A stretch of 64,000 nt of DNA from an uncultured Verrucomicrobiae bacterium. Lineage in GTDB: Bacteria; Verrucomicrobiota; Verrucomicrobiia; Chthoniobacterales; JAFAMB01. Within the stretch, counting starts at the first letter, position 1, and each line of letters begins with the position of its first letter. The DNA lies in contig CAWIPH010000002.1 of assembly GCA_963837955.1 (NCBI GenBank), positions 1,504,001 to 1,568,000 of the forward strand, read 5' to 3'. The notes under the pieces were generated by a model. That model had not been told where the DNA came from and did not search any database. It worked only from the letters and a program-made list of their open reading frames with translations. Shown one piece after another: positions 11,141 through 21,858 of this stretch. The position numbers were made by a program, and so were the translations under genes.

Positions 11141-11306
11141 TGCCTAGAACTCCGGGCGTGAGGGATCGCAGCCTGTCCGACATAGCTTTTGATGCATCGC
11201 GCTCAACGACCGTGCGCTTCTGCGACGTCGGATCCTCGCGATCCGCGGCGCACAACGTGTCCGACACAGCCTTCTCGGATGCCCGGTACAGAATGCTTGA
11301 GTGCGA

Positions 11307-11536
11307 CGTCCCGGAGGGACTCAATGAAAGTAGCCCAGTACGAAGTGCTGGGTGGCGTTCAAAAAACGACCCGTCCCGGACGGGACGATCGATGGCTCCT
11401 TACGCTGGTGAAGGACCGCATACGAAAAGGACCAGGAACCGAAACATTTCGATCGTCCCTGCCGGGACGGACGTCTCTTTTTGCATTATTTCCCAGCACT
11501 TCGTACTGGGCTACTCTCATTGAGTCCCTCCGGGAC
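11307..11536. repeat. REP/REPIN-like fold-back element family A (about 230 bp), copy 1
   Basis: Arms cgtcccggagggactcaatgaaagtagcccagtacgaagtgctggg ... cccagcacttcgtactgggctactctcattgagtccctccgggac. Confidence 0.9.
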
Positions 11537-11591
11537 AAGCTGTGCGCCCTCCCTGTTACGGGCAGAGAACCGCCGGATTGATCCTACCCAA

Positions 11592-12959
11592 CTACCTCAC
11601 AAAATAATGCAAAAGAAAGATCGCGGCTAAAACGAAAGAGAGTACCGAGATCTCCCTGACTTTCCCGGTGAAAAGATAAATCAAAACGTGCGCGATAAAG
11701 CCGAGTGCTAATCCATCTGCAATAGTGCCAAGCACCATCAATAGGACTGTAAGCACAGCCGGTGCTGCTACTGTCAGATCTTTCAGATCCAACTTCGCCA
11801 GGCCTTCCATCATGAAGATTCCGATCACAACCAAGGCCGGAGCTGTCGCAGCGACCGGTATGATCTGAATGATCGGGTTAAAAAAGAGAGCTAGTAAGAA
11901 GCAAACCGCGACCACAAAACTAACAAGTCCGGTTCGACCACCTTCTTCAACGCCTGCGGCTGACTCAATATATTGGATCGTCGTAGACGTTCCCAGTAAG
12001 GCGCCGCCTGCTGCGGCGGTTGCATCAGCAGCCAATGCTTCCCGAATCCGTGGGAGGTTTCCATTTTGGTCGAGAAGTCCGGCTCGACTGCCGATTGCTA
12101 ACAGAGCAGCCATAGAACCAAACAAGTCGGAAAAAAGGAGCGATAGGATGATGGGGACGGTTTGGGCTGGATGGATCCAAAAGTAGGAGAAATCCAGCTG
12201 AAGGAATAGCGAACCGATCGAGCTCGGCCAATCGATCAGCTGGTTGGGAAATTTCGTGATATGACTACCCGGTGCGGTTCCCGGAAGAAATAACCCGATG
12301 AGAGTTAAGATAAGGATCGACAATATCAATGCTCCCGGAACCCGTCGCTTTAACAAGATGACGGCGAGGACTATGCCAAAGAAGCTGAGCGCTGCGGCTG
12401 GCGCTGTGATATTACCGAGAGTGACAAATGTATTAGGATTTGCCACGATAATGCCGGCATTCTTCAGACCGAGAAACGCGATAAAAAGCCCGATACCCGC
12501 AGTGATTGCGCCTTTCAAGCTGTTCGGAAACGATTCGATGATTTTTTGTCGCAATCCGGATACCGAAAGAAGGAAGAAGACCAGCCCGCTGTAGAAGACC
12601 AATCCAAGGGCAGAGCGCCACGGAATATTTTGAGCGATACAAATGTGAAACGCGAAAAAGGCGTTGATCCCCATTCCGGGCGCCATAGCGATCGGATAAT
12701 TGGTCCAGATTCCCATCAGGACGGAAAAGACGGCGGCGGCTAACGCAGTGACCGTGATCAAACCTTTGAAGTCCATCCCGGTTTGCGACAGGATCTGAGG
12801 GTGGACCACAAGGACGTACGCCATGGTAGTAAAGGTGGTCAGACCGGCGAGGATTTCCCGGTGCAAGCTGCTGCCGCGCGCGGCGACCTTAAATCGGCGT
12901 TCGATGACACCTTGGGCTGGGCGGGTTCGCTCGGTTTGTTGCAGATCACTGGTCGGCAT
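11592..12959 (-). CDS. NCS2 (AzgA-type) purine nucleobase permease
   Basis: EILAGLTTFTTMAY, APGMGINAFF and YIESAAGVEEGGRTG motifs; multiple TM segments. Confidence 0.93.
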   Translation of the reverse strand: MPTSDLQQTERTRPAQGVIERRFKVAARGSSLHREILAGLTTFTTMAYVLVVHPQILSQTGMDFKGLITVTALAAAVFSVLMGIWTNYPIAMAPGMGINAFFAFHICIAQNIPWRSALGLVFYSGLVFFLLSVSGLRQKIIESFPNSLKGAITAGIGLFIAFLGLKNAGIIVANPNTFVTLGNITAPAAALSFFGIVLAVILLKRRVPGALILSILILTLIGLFLPGTAPGSHITKFPNQLIDWPSSIGSLFLQLDFSYFWIHPAQTVPIILSLLFSDLFGSMAALLAIGSRAGLLDQNGNLPRIREALAADATAAAGGALLGTSTTIQYIESAAGVEEGGRTGLVSFVVAVCFLLALFFNPIIQIIPVAATAPALVVIGIFMMEGLAKLDLKDLTVAAPAVLTVLLMVLGTIADGLALGFIAHVLIYLFTGKVREISVLSFVLAAIFLLHYFVR

Positions 12960-13239
12960 ACGGCCGGGAGAGCGAGCAGATAGCAGACCAACTGGGTTTT
13001 GAGTTAGCTGAAAGTAAGGAAGCGGCCGTTTTGTTCATAATACTGATCAATGTTGTCAACGGTTTCCGTTTGAATTGGTCAGCCTGTGAAAAGCGGAACA
13101 CGCGCGAGCGGTTGACCTTGCCACTTTTCCTGTGGGTGTCGGTCTGCGCGGGTGTGGCCTCTCGCCGGATCCTCACAATTCGCGTTCCGTCCCCAGGTTC
13201 TAGATTCTAGCTTCGAGATTCTATATTCCGGTCTTCGAA

Positions 13240-13255
13240 TGGCACGGCATTCGCT
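13240..13255 (+). promoter_or_regulatory. Possible sigma-54 (-24/-12) promoter
   Basis: TGGCACGGCATTCGCT has GG-N10-GC spacing and lies just upstream of the regulator/deaminase operon; one mismatch to TTGC. Confidence 0.3.
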
Positions 13256-13269
13256 GAGATCCTGATTTT

Positions 13270-13920
13270 GTGGAGTTAGGGAGAAAACTGAAGTTTCATC
13301 GCACCGTCCGCAGCATGACCGTGCGAGAACTCGCCAAGAAGGCCAGCTGTTCCAATAGTCTTATCTCGCAAATCGAACAGGACCGCGTCTCTCCTTCGAT
13401 TCGGACAACCGAGCGCATATGCCAGGCGCTTGAAGTAACGCTTCCCGATTTCCTTCGGATTGAGCCACAGATCGATCTCCCGATAAAAATCTCTCCGCGG
13501 AAACAAGAATGTGAAGTGGTAATGGAGTGGCCAAACGCGAAATTGTATCGCCTGTTGCCTGCGGAGCTAACTTCCACGTTTACTGCGCTTTTGCTTCGCT
13601 TGGAAAAAAAAGGATTCACGCCCGTACGTCGCTCACCTAGCTCAGTGAAAGATTTCTGCGTGGTACTGCAAGGGACAGTCACCTGCTGTGCGGGAACTGA
13701 GGAATATCTGCTGGAACCCGGGGAAACCCTCTTATTCGACGCCATGCTCCCGCATCAATGGTTCAACCATGGAGAGCAAGTTGCGGAGGTGCTGTTCACC
13801 AGTCCTGTGGCGTTCCAACTCTTCGAAAGGGTCGAGAAAGATCTTCGATGGCGGGAACATTTCAAAAAAACGAAAAGGACAATGCGTCGCCGCAAACAAC
13901 CAACGTCGAATGGCGATTAG
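13270..13920 (+). CDS. XRE-family HTH regulator with cupin domain
   Basis: LAKKASCSNSLISQIEQDRVSPS HTH; LEPGETLLFDAMLPHQWFN cupin. Confidence 0.88.
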   Translation: MELGRKLKFHRTVRSMTVRELAKKASCSNSLISQIEQDRVSPSIRTTERICQALEVTLPDFLRIEPQIDLPIKISPRKQECEVVMEWPNAKLYRLLPAELTSTFTALLLRLEKKGFTPVRRSPSSVKDFCVVLQGTVTCCAGTEEYLLEPGETLLFDAMLPHQWFNHGEQVAEVLFTSPVAFQLFERVEKDLRWREHFKKTKRTMRRRKQPTSNGD

Positions 13921-13945
13921 CTTTAGATAATTATTTTCTATATTC

Positions 13946-14965
13946 ATGACTGCACCGACTCGATTCCCGAGCCATGCGATTGTGGCATTACCGAAAGCTG
14001 AGATTCATATCCATATCGAAGGATGTTTCGAGACTACCGATATTGAACGGCTGGCGAGTCAAGCCAACGAGCCGCTCCTCCGACCAAGAGAGCGGCTCTT
14101 TGAGTTTGATGGTCTTAGCGATTTTTTGCATTTCTTGGATTGGACTTGTGGTTTGGTTCGCACCCAAGATCAATTGGCAGAAGCAAGTTACTCCCTTTGC
14201 CGGCGTCTGAGTCAAAGCGGAGTTCGGTACTGTGACGCGATTATCAACCCGACTCACTGGGGACTTTGGCGCAAACACATTCCGGAGCTGATTGCCGGGT
14301 TGGACCGCGGCTTTGTAGCGGCCGAACGAGACGGTCTGTTGCCAGTCGGCTTGTGCATCAGTTTGCTCCGAACCCAAAGCGCGGATGAGGCGATCGAGTT
14401 GGTCGAACTACTGCTAAAATTGAATCATCCGCGGGTTGTAGCATTATCAATCGACGGCAACGAAGCAAGAGCGGGCAGAACCGGTCCACGGTTTGCGGAG
14501 GCTTTTCGGAAAGCTCGTGAAGGAGGTCTGCGGCGAACCGTCCATGCCGGCGAATCGAGCGGTCCGGAAGGAGTTCGCGATGCGATCGAATTCTTGAACG
14601 CGGAACGAATCGACCACGGCGTTCGGGCAATCGAGGATCCAGAGTTAGTCAAAATATTGGCCGAAAAAGGGATCCCGCTCGGAATCTGTCCGGCATCAAA
14701 CTTAACCCTCGGACTTTATCCGGCATTGGACCAACACCCGCTCGAAAAACTTCGCCGCGCGGGCGTTCTGGTGTCGATCAATACCGATGATCCGGCTCCA
14801 CTGGGATTGACGCTGCATAACGAGTACGAGAAATGTGCTTCAGCATTCAATTGGTCTGAGTCCGACCTCCGGGCAGTTGCGAGAACCTCAATCGAGGCTA
14901 GTTTCGCCGACGCAAGTACCAAGAAACAGCTACTTCAGGATGTAGCAAATTGGAGGGCGGAATGA
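13946..14965 (+). CDS. add: Adenosine/adenine deaminase family protein
   Basis: LPKAEIHIHIEG, HAGE, RIDHG, CPASN and NTDDP motifs. Confidence 0.88.
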   Translation: MTAPTRFPSHAIVALPKAEIHIHIEGCFETTDIERLASQANEPLLRPRERLFEFDGLSDFLHFLDWTCGLVRTQDQLAEASYSLCRRLSQSGVRYCDAIINPTHWGLWRKHIPELIAGLDRGFVAAERDGLLPVGLCISLLRTQSADEAIELVELLLKLNHPRVVALSIDGNEARAGRTGPRFAEAFRKAREGGLRRTVHAGESSGPEGVRDAIEFLNAERIDHGVRAIEDPELVKILAEKGIPLGICPASNLTLGLYPALDQHPLEKLRRAGVLVSINTDDPAPLGLTLHNEYEKCASAFNWSESDLRAVARTSIEASFADASTKKQLLQDVANWRAE

Positions 14966-15095
14966 CCAGGGTTCTCGCTTCGGCGAACAGATGCTGCGCG
15001 GAATGCGCGTTGCGCGCTACCGCGCATCTCCGTTCCAAAGGTATCAATAATCGAATCTCGCCGAACACAGGTCCCGTCATTTTCTGGAACTCTGA

Positions 15096-16344
15096 ATGAC
15101 CGAGGAACTACCACCTCTTCTGGGAAAGGCTTTTCCCCGCAACAGGCTCGCACCCGAGGAACTCGCTCTCCTTGTTGATTTACAACAAATCCTTGATACG
15201 GAGATTGCACCTACAGCCGCAGAGCATGACGCGGTTGGACGATACCCTACCCAAGCTATTTCTGCGCTAAAACGTTCCGGTGTTCTCAGGACGGGTATCC
15301 CGAAAGAGCTTGGTGGCCTCGGATATTCGCATCGATTTTCCTTGGAAGCACAGGTGCGAATCGGTGTCGCTGACTCGGCCGTAGCCCAGATTTTTAAGAT
15401 TCACGACGAACTGGTGCGCGAGATCTTGGTCTACTGCCCCGATGCAATGCGGGCTAACTTGGTTCGCTGGCTACAGCAACGATAATGCTATTCTTGGTGT
15501 TGCGGTGGGTGAGGCCGGACGAAAAGTGAATGACCCATGGACCACCATTTGCACGCCGCAAAACGACGGTGGCTTCATCGTGGAGGGGAAGAAAATCTAT
15601 ACGACCGGCTCAGCCGAAGCAGATTTCATCGCGGTCTGGGCTTTTAATCCTCAGGCGAAAGGTATCGAGCAGAATCCGTTGCTAGGGGCTCAGCTCAACC
15701 TCGTGCCGAAATCAGCTCCTGGTGTAACCATTCATCGCGATTGGGATGCCTTGGGACAACGAGCGACCGATTCCGGGACCATTACCTTCAATAGCGTGAA
15801 GATTTCACCGGGGCATGTCGCGAGTGTATCGGGAAAGGCGCCCTTGCTGCACTCTAGCCTCCGCTATCAAGCAGGGTTTGCCGCCGTTCTGCTAGGAATC
15901 GCAATTGGAGCGCTCCGCGCCGCGGTTCCTTTTATTAACGAACGAAGCCGCCCGTGGCCGTCGTCGGGAGTCGACAATGCTGCTGCCGATCCCCTTGTTC
16001 AACGGCTCGCGGGTGAACTGACCGCTGATCTGGCTGCCGCCTACGCGCTTACCCTGGAGACCGGCGACTTGTTAGATGAATTTGAACAGGGCTCGATCGA
16101 TCGAACCGAGTTAGCAATTCCGATATATGCAGCAAAAGCAGCCGCTTCGCGTGCCAGCCTACGAGCGGTGTCGGAGATCTACGCCTTAATGGGTACGCGC
16201 TCTACTGCCCGAACCAACGGCTTCGATCGCTATTGGCGAAATGCTAGGACTTTATCCCTCCATGATCCGGTCGATTGGAAATACGCTGAACTGGGACGGC
16301 ATGTGCTGACCGGATGGGATCCGCCACCGGGAATCTATCAGTGA
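15096..16344 (+). pseudogene. Acyl-CoA dehydrogenase-fold flavoenzyme (DszC/SfnB-like), split by a +1 frameshift near 15475
   Basis: IPKELGG, ADSAVAQIFKIH, GKKIYTTGS, DWDALGQRATDSGT and FDRYWRNARTLSLHDP motifs spread over ORFs 15096..15485 and 15442..16344. Confidence 0.82.
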
Positions 16345-16419
16345 GGTTAAGGCTCGCGCAGTTGGCAGTTCACTGTTCGCGCTGATAAACGATTGCCTAT
16401 TCAGGTTTGTTCGGAAGGT

Positions 16420-17764
16420 ATGCGTTTGGTGCTGAAGAATATCGGCTATCTCGTGACGATGAATCCCGCACGTGAAGTTCTGCGAGATGCTTACGTTGAG
16501 ATGGAGAACGGACGGATATCGCAGATTGGTCGAGGCCAGTTTTCGTCATCCTGCGGCGAAATCATCGATGCAAAAGGTGGTGTAGCGGTTCCGGGATTGA
16601 TCAACACCCACCACCACATGTTTCAGAATCTAGCCCGTGCCTATGCTCCCATCTCGAATCTGCCGCTCTTGCCGTGGCTCAAGGGACACCTACCGCTTTG
16701 GAGATCTTTTACTGGGGAGGATCTCGCGCTCGCTACTGAAGTTGCGATGGCTGAGCTAATGCTTTCGGGTTGCGCGACGACGTCCGATCATCATTATCTC
16801 TTTCCGCGCAATAACGGGGTCAGTATCGATCGTCAATTCGAGGTCGCAGAGAGACTTGGCATGCGACTTCACAGTTGCCGCGGCTGCTTAGACATCGAAT
16901 CGGACATCGTGCCGAGCTGGGTTATCGAAAGTGTAGATGAAGTGAGCACGGACATTTTGAGGCTTGTGGAGAAGTGGCACGATTCCGAGCCCGGAAGTAT
17001 GCTGGCAGGTCGCACCTGCACCCTGTACCGTCTTCTCCGCCTCAAGTGATTTGCTTCGAGAAACCGCAGCCCTGGCCGAGGCAAAGGACCTGCGCATGCA
17101 CATCCACTGCGGAGAAACTCTGGACGAAAACGAGCTAGCGCTCGCAGAGCTCGGTCGCCGGCCGTTCGACTACCTGGAGGATCTGCATTGGACTGCCGAT
17201 CGGGTTTGGCTCGCTCATGGCATCCATTTTACGGACAACGAAGTTAAGCGAATACATTCCAGCAGGGTCGGCGTTGCCCACTGTCCGACCTCGAACATGC
17301 GATTAGGTTCCGGAATCTGCAGGGTGAAAGATCTTCGGCAAGGAGGAACTGCGGTGAGTCTTGGAGTGGACGGCAGTGCCTCCAATGATTCCAGTCATAT
17401 GTTGAACGAAGTTCGGCAGGCCTTGTTACTCACTAGAGTTTTGCACGGAGCCGGCGCCATGACGGTTGAGGAAGCGTTGGAGATGGCCACCCTTGACGGA
17501 GCACGGAATCTGGGACGCGAAATGGACCTCGGATCGATTGAGCAAGGAAAATGCGCGGATGTCGCGATCTTTCCGGCCAGTGACCTGGCGAGCAGTGGTG
17601 CACATGACAAGGTTCATGCTCTCGTTCTTTGCCTGCCGAGAAATGTCGAGATGTTGGTTGTGAACGGTAAAGTCCGCGTTCGGGAAGGAAAACTCATTGG
17701 CGTCGATTTGCCGGTGCTGCAAGAGAGACATGCCGCTGTTGCGACGCGCCTGGCGAATCTCTGA
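16420..17764 (+). pseudogene. 8-oxoguanine deaminase-like amidohydrolase, split by a +1 frameshift near 17005
   Basis: PGLINTHHHMFQ, TTSDHHY, HIHCGE, WLAHGIH, HCPTSNMRLGSG and LGVDGSASND motifs; apparent extra G in atgctgGcaggtc. Confidence 0.85.
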
Positions 17765-17783
17765 TCGACGCTCGCTCCACAAG

Positions 17784-19112
17784 CTACGCCGCGGCGAGTT
17801 CAGTCAATAAATGTTGGTTCAGCGAAACGCCTAAATAGAGGTTTTCGATCGGGAAATTTTCATTCGGCGAGTGGACACGGCAATCCATCCACTCGAGTCC
17901 AATCAAGAGAGTATCGATATCCAAGACATCTTTCAGCACCTGTGTTACCGGAAGAGTTCCGCCTCCGCGAATCAGCGCGACGGACCTGCCAAAGGTGGCT
18001 TCCAGTGCCCGTCTGGCGGCCAGCGCAAACGGCGAATCAAATTTCACCAAATAGGGTTTACCTTGATGATGGTCGATAATTTCGAGCCGGACAGAGTGCG
18101 GACATTTTTTGTGTAAATACTCTTTGATCAGGCCACGGATTTCGTCCGGATCCTGATCGGGTACGAGCCGAAACGAGATCTTGGCGGAGGCCTTGCTGGG
18201 TACAATCGTTTTCGGACCTTCACCGGAGTAACCACTGACGAAACCGTTCACGTCCATCGTCGGTCGTGCCCAGATTCTTTCGAAGCTCGTGAAGCCCCCT
18301 TCACCTGAGAGCGCTGGAGAACCCGTAATTTCGAGCCAATCTTGATCGCTCTTTGGTAAGCCTGCCCAGAGCTCGTGCTCCGCCGCGTCGACCGGTTGCA
18401 CCCGATCGTAAAAGCCAGGAATTGAGATTTTACCTTCGGCAGTCTGCATGCTCGAGACTAGCCGAGCCAACGCATTTGCCGGATTGGCGACCAGTCCACC
18501 AAAAATCCCCGAATGAAGATCGGCGCTGGGTCCCTGCAAATGGACCTCCATGCAAACCACGCCCCGGACTCCGTAGAGCAAGGTTGGAACGCCCGGAGCA
18601 ATCATCCCGGAATCTGAGATAACCGCGATATCACATTGGAAAGCGTCCCGATGCTGTTTCAGAAAAGGTTCAAGGTTTCCGCTTCCACTTTCTTCCTCTC
18701 CTTCCACTACAAAAATCACGTTGACCGGTAATGTATTCTCTCTGATCGCCCGCTCTACGCCGAAAAGATGAGGAAGAAGCTGACCTTTGTTGTCGGCCGC
18801 ACCGCGGGCGACGACGCGGTTATCTTTCACAGTTGGCTCGAACGGAGGTGAATCCCACAAATCGAGAGGATCTGGAGGCTGAACATCGTAATGACCATAG
18901 ATTAAGACAGTCTTTCGATCTTTCTTCGGACGGCTGCGCGCCACCACGATCGGATGACCTGCTGTTGCAAATTTTTGGGCATCGAGTCCGGCTCGCTCAA
19001 AGCGTGCAGTCAACCAATCGGCACAAGCGCAGACCTCGCTCTTATACCGCGAATCCCCTGAAATCGATGCGAACCGGATGTAAGAAAATAGATCGTTCAG
19101 TATCTCGTCCAC
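17784..19112 (-). CDS. M20 family dipeptidase
   Basis: YGHYDVQP, ARGAADNKG, EGEEESGS, DLHSG and HSPNE motifs; start inferred at GTG. Confidence 0.92.
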   Translation of the reverse strand: MDEILNDLFSYIRFASISGDSRYKSEVCACADWLTARFERAGLDAQKFATAGHPIVVARSRPKKDRKTVLIYGHYDVQPPDPLDLWDSPPFEPTVKDNRVVARGAADNKGQLLPHLFGVERAIRENTLPVNVIFVVEGEEESGSGNLEPFLKQHRDAFQCDIAVISDSGMIAPGVPTLLYGVRGVVCMEVHLQGPSADLHSGIFGGLVANPANALARLVSSMQTAEGKISIPGFYDRVQPVDAAEHELWAGLPKSDQDWLEITGSPALSGEGGFTSFERIWARPTMDVNGFVSGYSGEGPKTIVPSKASAKISFRLVPDQDPDEIRGLIKEYLHKKCPHSVRLEIIDHHQGKPYLVKFDSPFALAARRALEATFGRSVALIRGGGTLPVTQVLKDVLDIDTLLIGLEWMDCRVHSPNENFPIENLYLGVSLNQHLLTELAAA

Positions 19113-19180
19113 GAAGATTACTGTAGCAAGGATCGGGCCCAAGAGACTTGGCCCGCTTCCCGCTGCCTAGGGTCACGCCT

Positions 19181-19996
19181 ATGAATCCCGAATGCTCAAT
19201 CGGATATTTCGACGCGCACAATCACTGGCAAGACCCAGGGTTCGACCCGGATCGCGAACGTATTATCTCATCGCTTCGGGCCCTCAAACTAAAACGCATG
19301 GTAGTGAACGGCACCACCGAGAGTGATTGGTCTAGAGTCCAGACATTTGCCTCAAACAATCCCACCATCATTCCCAGCTTTGGGATTCATCCCTGGTTTG
19401 CCGCCGGCCGGACGTCCGATTGGATGCGGTCATTGGAACGGTTTCTCGTGTCTACTCGGTCAGCGATAGGAGAGGCTGGCTTAGATCGCTACATACCCAA
19501 TTACGACATCGAGGATCAGAAGGTTGTCTTCGAACATCACTTGCGGTTGGCGGTGGAAATGAACCGTCCCATCACTATCCATTGTCTCTATGCTGTGGAT
19601 GATCTGCTTGAAGTCCTCGAGCGCGTTCCAACCCCCGCTTGCGGATTTTTGGTCCATGCCTATTCCTGCGGCGCCAAGTGGGTTGAACGCTTTGCGCAGT
19701 TGGGGGCGTATTTCTCTTTTTCCGGTTACTTCTTGAATCAGGGAAAAGAGGAGCGACTTGAAACGTTTAAGCTGATACCAAGCGACCGATTACTTGTCGA
19801 AACCGACGCGCCCTCGATGTTGTTGCCACCAGAGAAAGAACGCTTTTCACTCGGGACAGCCGAGCGGCTCAATCATCCTGGAAATCTGGTGGTCGCGTAT
19901 GCGGAACTCGCGACAGTGAGAGGCATCTCTGACGATGAACTTCAGCGACAGGTCGAACAGAATTTTGTCCGACTCTTCGGCTCGTTGATGGGTTAA
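19181..19996 (+). CDS. tatD: TatD family nuclease
   Basis: DAHNH, GIHPW, IGEAGLD, TIHC, HAY and LLVETDAP motifs. Confidence 0.9.
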   Translation: MNPECSIGYFDAHNHWQDPGFDPDRERIISSLRALKLKRMVVNGTTESDWSRVQTFASNNPTIIPSFGIHPWFAAGRTSDWMRSLERFLVSTRSAIGEAGLDRYIPNYDIEDQKVVFEHHLRLAVEMNRPITIHCLYAVDDLLEVLERVPTPACGFLVHAYSCGAKWVERFAQLGAYFSFSGYFLNQGKEERLETFKLIPSDRLLVETDAPSMLLPPEKERFSLGTAERLNHPGNLVVAYAELATVRGISDDELQRQVEQNFVRLFGSLMG

Positions 19997-20115
19997 CGCA
20001 GAATTTGCCCCGGAGGGGACGGGGAGGGATCGCGTCCTCGCGATCCACGGCGCACGAGGACGTGCGCCCTCCCCCTCCTGGCACGGAGAACCAGACATCG
20101 GCCTTATGTCGTTCT

Positions 20116-20538
20116 TCAATAGATTTCCCAAATCCCAGGCGTAACCAGTTCGAGAAGATGTCCGTCGGGGTCGCGAAAGTACAGGCTCGTGCCGCCCCTG
20201 GGCCAGCTGACGCAGCTCTCTATCGGAACGCGATACTCAGCCAGCCGCGCGCGCCACGCCGGCAGGCTCTCGGAAGGGATGCTAAAGCCAATATGCACTG
20301 GACCAGAACCATCATGCGGTGGGATGGTTCCAGATGGTAAGACCGAGCCATGCGGGTCACTCCCTCGGAGGAACAAAAGCAAAGCCTGCTGGCCCCCAAC
20401 CTTGAAAGCGCAAAAACGGTCGTCTGACGCCATGATGGAATAACCAAAAAGGGTCTGGTAGAAAGTGCGCGCCCTCGGTAAATCCGTCACATAAAGGCAA
20501 GTTTCCAAAATCGCGCTCGGAAGAGGGGGTTCGTTCAT
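20116..20538 (-). CDS. VOC/glyoxalase family protein
   Basis: LETCLYVTDLPRARTFY and SLYFRDPDGHLLEL motifs. Confidence 0.9.
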   Translation of the reverse strand: MNEPPLPSAILETCLYVTDLPRARTFYQTLFGYSIMASDDRFCAFKVGGQQALLLFLRGSDPHGSVLPSGTIPPHDGSGPVHIGFSIPSESLPAWRARLAEYRVPIESCVSWPRGGTSLYFRDPDGHLLELVTPGIWEIY

Positions 20539-20669
20539 GATCTCGGGTTCGTTCCTGTACTGTGCTCAGTTTGTTCCTCCTGCGCAAAATGGCGACCTCG
20601 AAGTTGCCAAAACAGCGCCCAATCGAAGAAGGAATGGCGGGAACGGAGCATCGTGCTTAGCATGAGAAA

Positions 20670-21020
20670 ATGAAGGTGGAGCGCGTGAAGTATGTAATCT
20701 GGGCGGCTGATTTGAAGCGCGCAGTGCGGTTTTACCGCGATGTGTTTGGCGCTGAAGTCATGAAGGAATCGGAAGTGATCAGCGAGGTGGTCGTGAGCGG
20801 TGCGACAATCGGCATCCATGGCGGTGGAGAAGGGAAGCGCACCTGGACGGGTCTGAGCTTTCAGGTACCAGACGTGACCGCCGGCGGGAGGGAAGTGGCG
20901 GCCAGTGGCGGTCAGTTGACGCGCGAACCTCAGCCGGAAGGGGATGAACCGCCCCACCTCGCGATGTGCGTCGATCCGGAGGGGAACGAGTTTATGCTGA
21001 CACGGAAGCGGGGGAGTTAA
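20670..21020 (+). CDS. VOC/glyoxalase family protein
   Basis: DLKRAVRFYRDVFG and DPEGNEFML motifs. Confidence 0.88.
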   Translation: MKVERVKYVIWAADLKRAVRFYRDVFGAEVMKESEVISEVVVSGATIGIHGGGEGKRTWTGLSFQVPDVTAGGREVAASGGQLTREPQPEGDEPPHLAMCVDPEGNEFMLTRKRGS

Positions 21021-21027
21021 GATCCCG

Positions 21028-21567
21028 ATGCGAACTTCGAGAGTGTTGGTCTTTGTCGATGAGTCCAACGTCGTCGGCTCCGTGCGAGCTCTCGGTCGGA
21101 AACTGGACTGGCTCAAGCTCCGCGATCACCTGGTGAGCACCGATCGGGGCCGGGAATTGATCGAGATGGTCATTTACGCTGGTTTGCCTCCTCCCATGCC
21201 GGAGTGGCAAACCGAACGAGAGAAGAAGAACAAGTTCCTGCATTGGCTTCGTTCAAACGGCTTCCTCGTGGTGGCAAAAGAGGGCTCGCCGGGAGATGGC
21301 AAGCACTACAAAGCAAACGTCGACGTCTTGATGGCGATCGATGCTGTCGAGCTTTCGGTGGAGATGAGGCCCGAAGTCGTCGTGCTCGTGACTGGTGACG
21401 CAGATTTTGCGCATTTGGCTCTGCAGCTGCGGCGGCGCGGGATTCGCGTGGAAGTGGCCGCTACCGCTCAAACGCTGGGCACTGGATTGAAGGGCGCAGC
21501 AAACGAGGTGATCGATCTGGTTCCGCTGTTTGAAACCTTTGAGCTAATGAAGACTGGCGACCAATGA
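21028..21567 (+). CDS. NYN (LabA/DUF88, PIN-like) domain protein
   Basis: VFVDESN, KANVDVLMAID, LVTGDADF and GIRVEV motifs. Confidence 0.9.
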   Translation: MRTSRVLVFVDESNVVGSVRALGRKLDWLKLRDHLVSTDRGRELIEMVIYAGLPPPMPEWQTEREKKNKFLHWLRSNGFLVVAKEGSPGDGKHYKANVDVLMAIDAVELSVEMRPEVVVLVTGDADFAHLALQLRRRGIRVEVAATAQTLGTGLKGAANEVIDLVPLFETFELMKTGDQ

Positions 21568-21619
21568 CCGATTCGGAATGCAACAACAGCTAATCGGCTG
21601 CCGGCGAGGCGAAGGAGGA

Positions 21620-21836
21620 AAGGACTCGATGAAAGTAGCCCAGTACGAAGTGCTGGGAAATAATGCAAAAGGGACATCCGTCCCGTGAGGGACGATAGAA
21701 GCGTTTGGTTCTGGTCATCTCGTATGTGGCTTCACCAGCGTAAAGAGCGGTCGATCGTCCCGTCCGGGACGGGTCGTTTTTTTAACCCATCCCAGCACTT
21801 CGTACTGGGCTTCTTTCATTGAGTCCCTCCGGGACG
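21620..21836. repeat. REP family A, copy 2
   Basis: Same arms as 11307-11536; lies between convergent genes. Confidence 0.9.
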
Positions 21837-21858
21837 ACTCCCGGCGCTGTCGGCGTTA

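Noticed and set aside
11172..11310. Possible CRISPR array (two arm-insert-arm units close together)
   Set aside because: The arms are inverted rather than direct repeats, there are only two adjacent units, and no cas genes are present; reported as a mini-element instead.
11140..11581. ORFs containing MKVAQYEVLG or FPSTSYWATFIES (also near 21468, 37804, 41627, 42559, 48652 and 53836)
   Set aside because: They are translations of REP family A.
20535..21116. 193-aa minus-strand ORF and other long antisense ORFs
   Set aside because: They overlap well-supported genes on the opposite strand and show no motifs.
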